Positions 43,767 through 47,637 of a stretch of DNA of 47,637 nucleotides are shown here, one piece after another. Below the pieces are notes generated by a model. The model ran no database searches and had not been told where the DNA came from. It saw only the letters and a list, made by a program, of their open reading frames with translations. The position numbers and the translations under genes are program-made. Within the stretch, counting starts at the first letter, position 1, and the number at the start of each line of letters is the position of its first letter. The DNA is from an uncultured Bdellovibrionales bacterium (GTDB taxonomy: Bacteria; Patescibacteriota; Minisyncoccia; Moranbacterales; UBA11712). The DNA is taken from assembly GCA_964543275.1 (NCBI GenBank), contig CAZIWW010000002.1, positions 1 to 47,637 of the forward strand. The letters are read 5' to 3'.

Positions 43767-45936
43767 AAAGATATCTTAACAAATAAACAGCCAAAAATAA
43801 AGTCGTCGCGGAGCTAACCGCTATCCCCCAATACAATAATTTTATAGGATAATATTCAATTAAAATTTCTTTAACTGGATATTCTTTGTCTATGTTCCAG
43901 CCGTTGGCGTAGCCCAAAGCTCTATAATGACTCTTTAATAAAATTTTCTTACCGTCGTCAGTTATGGCATACGCCCTCCAATTTTTATCATACGGTTCGG
44001 CGAAAACCAATTCTTGCCCGGAATTTATCCGATTTGCTTTGACAATAAATTTCTTCGGATTAATTCTTTGGAAATCAGTCGCGGAAACGCCGCTTTTTAT
44101 CTTTTCAAAATTTTCATCAATTGAGTTTGGGCTAGGCTCCAAATTAATTTTTTCTTTTTGCCAAATCATCGGCGGAAAAATAAATTCGTCTTTTATTTGA
44201 TACAGGTTGAAATAATCGTTTTCTTTAATCAGGGAGATATACCCTTCTAATTCCAGCTTTTCAATTTTAGACTGCGACTGTTCCGCGAACCGCGGCTCCA
44301 CATCTTTGTGGTAAATTATATATTTGGCGTTCATCAAGCCCAGCAGTTTTGCAATCCAGACAGGATCTCTTTTATCCAATTCATTAAAATCCTTGGCAAA
44401 AAGCCATTGATTAAAATAAAAACTATTGGCGTAAATAAATTCCTTATTGTAAAGCTGGCGAGTTATATCCACTCCAGCCAATTTCCATTTAGGATAATTA
44501 GACCAGCCGACGCTGTCGACAACATTGTAAGGAAGCGCGGCTATTTTAACTTCGTCAGGATCGCTGTTAATTCTTTCTTGAATTGAGTAATACTCGTCTG
44601 GAATTTTTACCAAAAAGCTATATTTCGCTTTCCGGTAATCTTTAGCTTCCATCATCACCGTATCGCGGACAAAGACAGCGCTCATATTACGCTGAAGTTT
44701 TCCCAGATAAAAAGGAAGAGGAGTTAAAAGAACAACAGCCAACGCGAGAGCGAACCATTTTTTAAGTTTAGTCTTTTCCAATTCTGCAGAAATTATTGTC
44801 AGTAGAGAAGCAAAAATAAAAGGGGTGAAAATAGCCAGCTTCTCATAACTTCTAAGGGTGTTAAATCCCCAGAGATTGTAAAAAAACTTATTGATAAACT
44901 CAAAGGGATATTTAACTTTAGCCACCAGCATTACGAAGAACAATAGAAGCCCAAGAAACACCAAGTATTTTCTCTTATTTTCCCGGCCTATATCTTTCTT
45001 ACTCGCCCCTAAAACAATTAAGAATATAGGAATAAGAGTTAAAAAGGCAAAAGCGTCCTTGTATTTTAAGAGATTCGGATAAGGAAAGTTATCCGGAAAA
45101 TACCAGTTGCTGTATTGCGCCAGCCGAAAAGTGTCAATCAGCGGATTGGAAGTGTGTCTTAGCCACCAGTTGAGATCTATGATATTTTCTGAAAACAAAC
45201 CCTCTACCCCGCCTCGCATTTGGGGAATTAATGGCAAGATCCAGTAGGCGCTGACTAAAAAAGAAAAGACTCCAAGCAAAAATACTTTTTTAAGCAAATC
45301 TTTATTAAACGCTATCGTTTTAACCGCAATTAAAAATATCGTCAGAACAAACAAGAAAATAAAAAAGGCCAGCGCGAAGGCCGGATTGGCAAAGCCGGGA
45401 GAAGCAAGCAGAAGCGCCAGCGCAAAATAAACAGCGTAAACATTTTTTCGGCTCCGCAAAAATTTAACATAAAGCCCCGTCAAAAGAGGGATGAAAATAT
45501 AAAGAAACTGATAATGCGAATATCCCCAAGCGTAAGTGAAAACATAAAGGGTATAAAGATTGAGAGCGTAAAAAAGAGAAACCAGCGCCCGCGGCAAATC
45601 TGATATTTCTTTAAATAACAGCCGCGCGAAAATATCAAAGGAAACATAAGATCCGAAAATAAAAATGCCGAGATAAAAAGAAAGCTGAAGGCTGTCGCTG
45701 ATACCCAGCCGGCTTAAAAAATAAAAAAAGGCGTAAAAAATACCGGCTCTTCCATGCCAATCATAAAACAAACTCTTTAGACTTTGATATCCGCCGATAA
45801 ATTGCGGCGTATCGCCGCCGACTAAAACATAGCCTTCGGGAAATAGATTAACCGCGACCGCGACAACCAAGACCAAAAAGCCCAAAAGATAAAAAATGTT
45901 GTTTCTAACTATTTGACTTATTTTCGCCTGAAGCAT
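43738..45936 (-). CDS. very large polytopic membrane protein, GT-C-like (possibly AftD/DUF3367-like)
   Basis: 732 aa; first loop VGGDTPQFIGG; about 14 spans in the N-terminal 420 aa, a soluble domain of about 280 aa, and a terminal TM. Confidence 0.55.
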   Translation of the reverse strand: MLQAKISQIVRNNIFYLLGFLVLVVAVAVNLFPEGYVLVGGDTPQFIGGYQSLKSLFYDWHGRAGIFYAFFYFLSRLGISDSLQLSFYLGIFIFGSYVSFDIFARLLFKEISDLPRALVSLFYALNLYTLYVFTYAWGYSHYQFLYIFIPLLTGLYVKFLRSRKNVYAVYFALALLLASPGFANPAFALAFFIFLFVLTIFLIAVKTIAFNKDLLKKVFLLGVFSFLVSAYWILPLIPQMRGGVEGLFSENIIDLNWWLRHTSNPLIDTFRLAQYSNWYFPDNFPYPNLLKYKDAFAFLTLIPIFLIVLGASKKDIGRENKRKYLVFLGLLLFFVMLVAKVKYPFEFINKFFYNLWGFNTLRSYEKLAIFTPFIFASLLTIISAELEKTKLKKWFALALAVVLLTPLPFYLGKLQRNMSAVFVRDTVMMEAKDYRKAKYSFLVKIPDEYYSIQERINSDPDEVKIAALPYNVVDSVGWSNYPKWKLAGVDITRQLYNKEFIYANSFYFNQWLFAKDFNELDKRDPVWIAKLLGLMNAKYIIYHKDVEPRFAEQSQSKIEKLELEGYISLIKENDYFNLYQIKDEFIFPPMIWQKEKINLEPSPNSIDENFEKIKSGVSATDFQRINPKKFIVKANRINSGQELVFAEPYDKNWRAYAITDDGKKILLKSHYRALGYANGWNIDKEYPVKEILIEYYPIKLLYWGIAVSSATTLFLAVYLLRYLYAGRKNREI

Positions 45937-45946
45937 AACAAACCGC

Positions 45947-45970
45947 AGAGACGCACCGCGGCCCGTCTCT
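45947..45970 (-). other. GC-rich hairpin AGAGACG-N10-CGTCTCT just upstream of the GT-C-like start
   Basis: Perfect 7-bp stem with a 10-nt loop, 11 nt from the ATG at 45936 and 31 nt below the upstream stop. Confidence 0.45.
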
Positions 45971-46000
45971 CATCTAAATTCAATTTTAATTTCAATCCAA

Positions 46001-47533
46001 TCAATCTGTTTTCAATTCTCCCGTCACGCTAAAATTCCTTAACCCAAAAAGTTTAATATCTTTTTCGTCGTCCCTATCATAAGTAACTTTGAAGTAAATT
46101 TCATTTTGGGTCCCGTTCCCTTCGATTATCTCGCTAAAAATTTGGGTGAAATCGTCATTATCCCGAACGGGTAAAATATCAGTCCATTTTTTATTGTCGT
46201 AAGAATAATAAATTTTGACTTTGTGCCAGCCGACGTACATCTGCTCGGCGCTCAATCGCAATTTCTTAAACGGATAAATAGTGTTTATCTTGTAAACATA
46301 TTCGGCGTCCTTTTCCGGACTCCCGGAAACAACGCCCTCATAACCATTATATCTTACCAGAGGAAAACCATCGCGGCTGTCCGTGTAAGAATAAAGGTCT
46401 AAAAAATCAGTCACGTTGTTTTTGGCTTTGTAAGTATATATCCCGACCCCGCCGCCCAAGTCTTCAATGGCAGCTCCGGTTAAAATGCGTCCGCCGTCAG
46501 AAAAAACGTACTTCGCCCCGTAGATTCTAAAATACAAATCGCCGCCGACATTTCTTACTTTACCCCTTTTATAAACAACAGCTTTGCCGTCCGCGTAGGC
46601 GTCGTCATTCGATGATCCTTTTATTTTCAAGTAATTAAATAAATTAGTTTTTACCGCGCTGTTATTTAAAGCCACAAGATAATGCCGACCTTTCTCTAAA
46701 AACCCGCCGAGCGGAAATATCTCCGTTCCATCCTTTTGAGAATAATCTTCAAGATCTTCGGCCGAAAACTCCATATAGGCTTCAACTTTAGAATTAACAA
46801 CCCAGTTTCCTTCTTCATCAGACACCTTTCTTAGCTCCAGCCTGTAATTCCCCAGTCCGCCGCTGCCAATTTTAACAACATCCAGCTCAACTCCAGATAG
46901 ATAATCCCGGTCAGCCTTAAATATCTGACCAACGCTCGTATTTCTGCTTTTAAGTTGTGGGAAGCTTTGCGTACTCTCTTCTGTCTGTTCCTGGACGCAA
47001 ACGCCAGTCGCCGTATCCCCGATAATAATAGGCTTCAAGTCAGCCAGCCCCTTTTCATTTCTAACATTCAATCGGGATATCTTAACATTTTTTACAAAGA
47101 CCTTGGCGGAATTACCATAGTCGTCTTTTTCAAAAACCAGGCTGTCGTAAAAACCATCCGTTTTGAAGAGAAACTCTTTGAAGGCACCTTTTTTATTCTG
47201 GCTTGACTCCTCAAGATCAACTGAACCAACTTCAAATTCGCAGCCCATAACCGATGTCAGCTTAATCTTCAGCTTTGTGGCGCTATCCGCCCAAGAATTA
47301 AAAATCAGCCGGTAATAGTCCCCTTGATAAGAGTGAAGAGAGTTTTTTAGTTCATAGGATGAATCCTTAGCGCCGATCTCCGCTTCTTTTTTAAATATAT
47401 TTTCTTTTTTGAGTTTCGCGTTCTCACAAACCAAAGCCTCTTCCGGAGTTAAATTCTCCCCCAAAAAGAAAACCGCGATTAAAATAACGGCCACTGCGAT
47501 ATATTTAATATTTTGTTTTAAGAAATTAGTCAT
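46001..47533 (-). CDS. N-terminally anchored beta-rich exported protein, function unknown
   Basis: 510 aa; one TM (YIAVAVILIAVFFL), then an ectodomain rich in Y/G/D/K beta-strand patterns (carbohydrate-binding-module-like by eye). Confidence 0.5.
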   Translation of the reverse strand: MTNFLKQNIKYIAVAVILIAVFFLGENLTPEEALVCENAKLKKENIFKKEAEIGAKDSSYELKNSLHSYQGDYYRLIFNSWADSATKLKIKLTSVMGCEFEVGSVDLEESSQNKKGAFKEFLFKTDGFYDSLVFEKDDYGNSAKVFVKNVKISRLNVRNEKGLADLKPIIIGDTATGVCVQEQTEESTQSFPQLKSRNTSVGQIFKADRDYLSGVELDVVKIGSGGLGNYRLELRKVSDEEGNWVVNSKVEAYMEFSAEDLEDYSQKDGTEIFPLGGFLEKGRHYLVALNNSAVKTNLFNYLKIKGSSNDDAYADGKAVVYKRGKVRNVGGDLYFRIYGAKYVFSDGGRILTGAAIEDLGGGVGIYTYKAKNNVTDFLDLYSYTDSRDGFPLVRYNGYEGVVSGSPEKDAEYVYKINTIYPFKKLRLSAEQMYVGWHKVKIYYSYDNKKWTDILPVRDNDDFTQIFSEIIEGNGTQNEIYFKVTYDRDDEKDIKLFGLRNFSVTGELKTD

Positions 47534-47637
47534 AGCTGCTTAGATTTATTTTTATCAACGTTCCCGGATAACTCATTTCTTCTCTATTTTATTGAAATCA
47601 GTGAATCGCTGAAACGACTTAATTGCGGAAACACAAG

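Overview
AT-rich, gene-dense bacterial window read with the standard code (TGA is a normal stop). I call 37 intact CDSs and 2 pseudogenes. I saw no rRNA, tRNA, CRISPR array, integrase or transposase. The left edge (0-4.7 kb) is housekeeping: RNase HI, RecJ, a degenerate receiver/zinc-ribbon protein and an S41 C-terminal protease. From about 4.7 kb to the right edge the window is essentially one envelope-glycan super-locus. It holds 6 GT-B (GT4-like) and 4 GT2 glycosyltransferases, three of them of the polyprenyl-phosphate-sugar synthase type. It also holds 5 very large polytopic GT-C-like membrane proteins, a Wzy/O-antigen-ligase-like protein, a Wzx-type flippase, an LCP ligase, GalE, UDP-glucose dehydrogenase and a UDP-xylose-synthase-type decarboxylase. 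Interspersed are an rpoD-like sigma factor, RtcB, a Tmk-like kinase, glyA-folD and a MacB-type ABC pair whose ATPase has a C-terminal extension. The gene content resembles uncultivated Patescibacteria/CPR-like bacteria, which is an inference only. The non-coding DNA is the most unusual part. Many spacers are built from degenerate tandem 7-9-mers, and several co-directional junctions are long imperfect inverted repeats running from the upstream stop to the next start. A CAGTAT-N6-ATACTG palindrome occurs three times, twice as an identical 22-mer. One GT4 gene carries a 28-codon in-frame insertion with a 63-nt GC-rich palindromic core flanked by 9-bp direct repeats. Two small genes (GxxExxY, ASCH) are inactivated only by nonsense codons that each look like G-to-T changes. 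All functional assignments come from motifs read by eye, and no database search was run.
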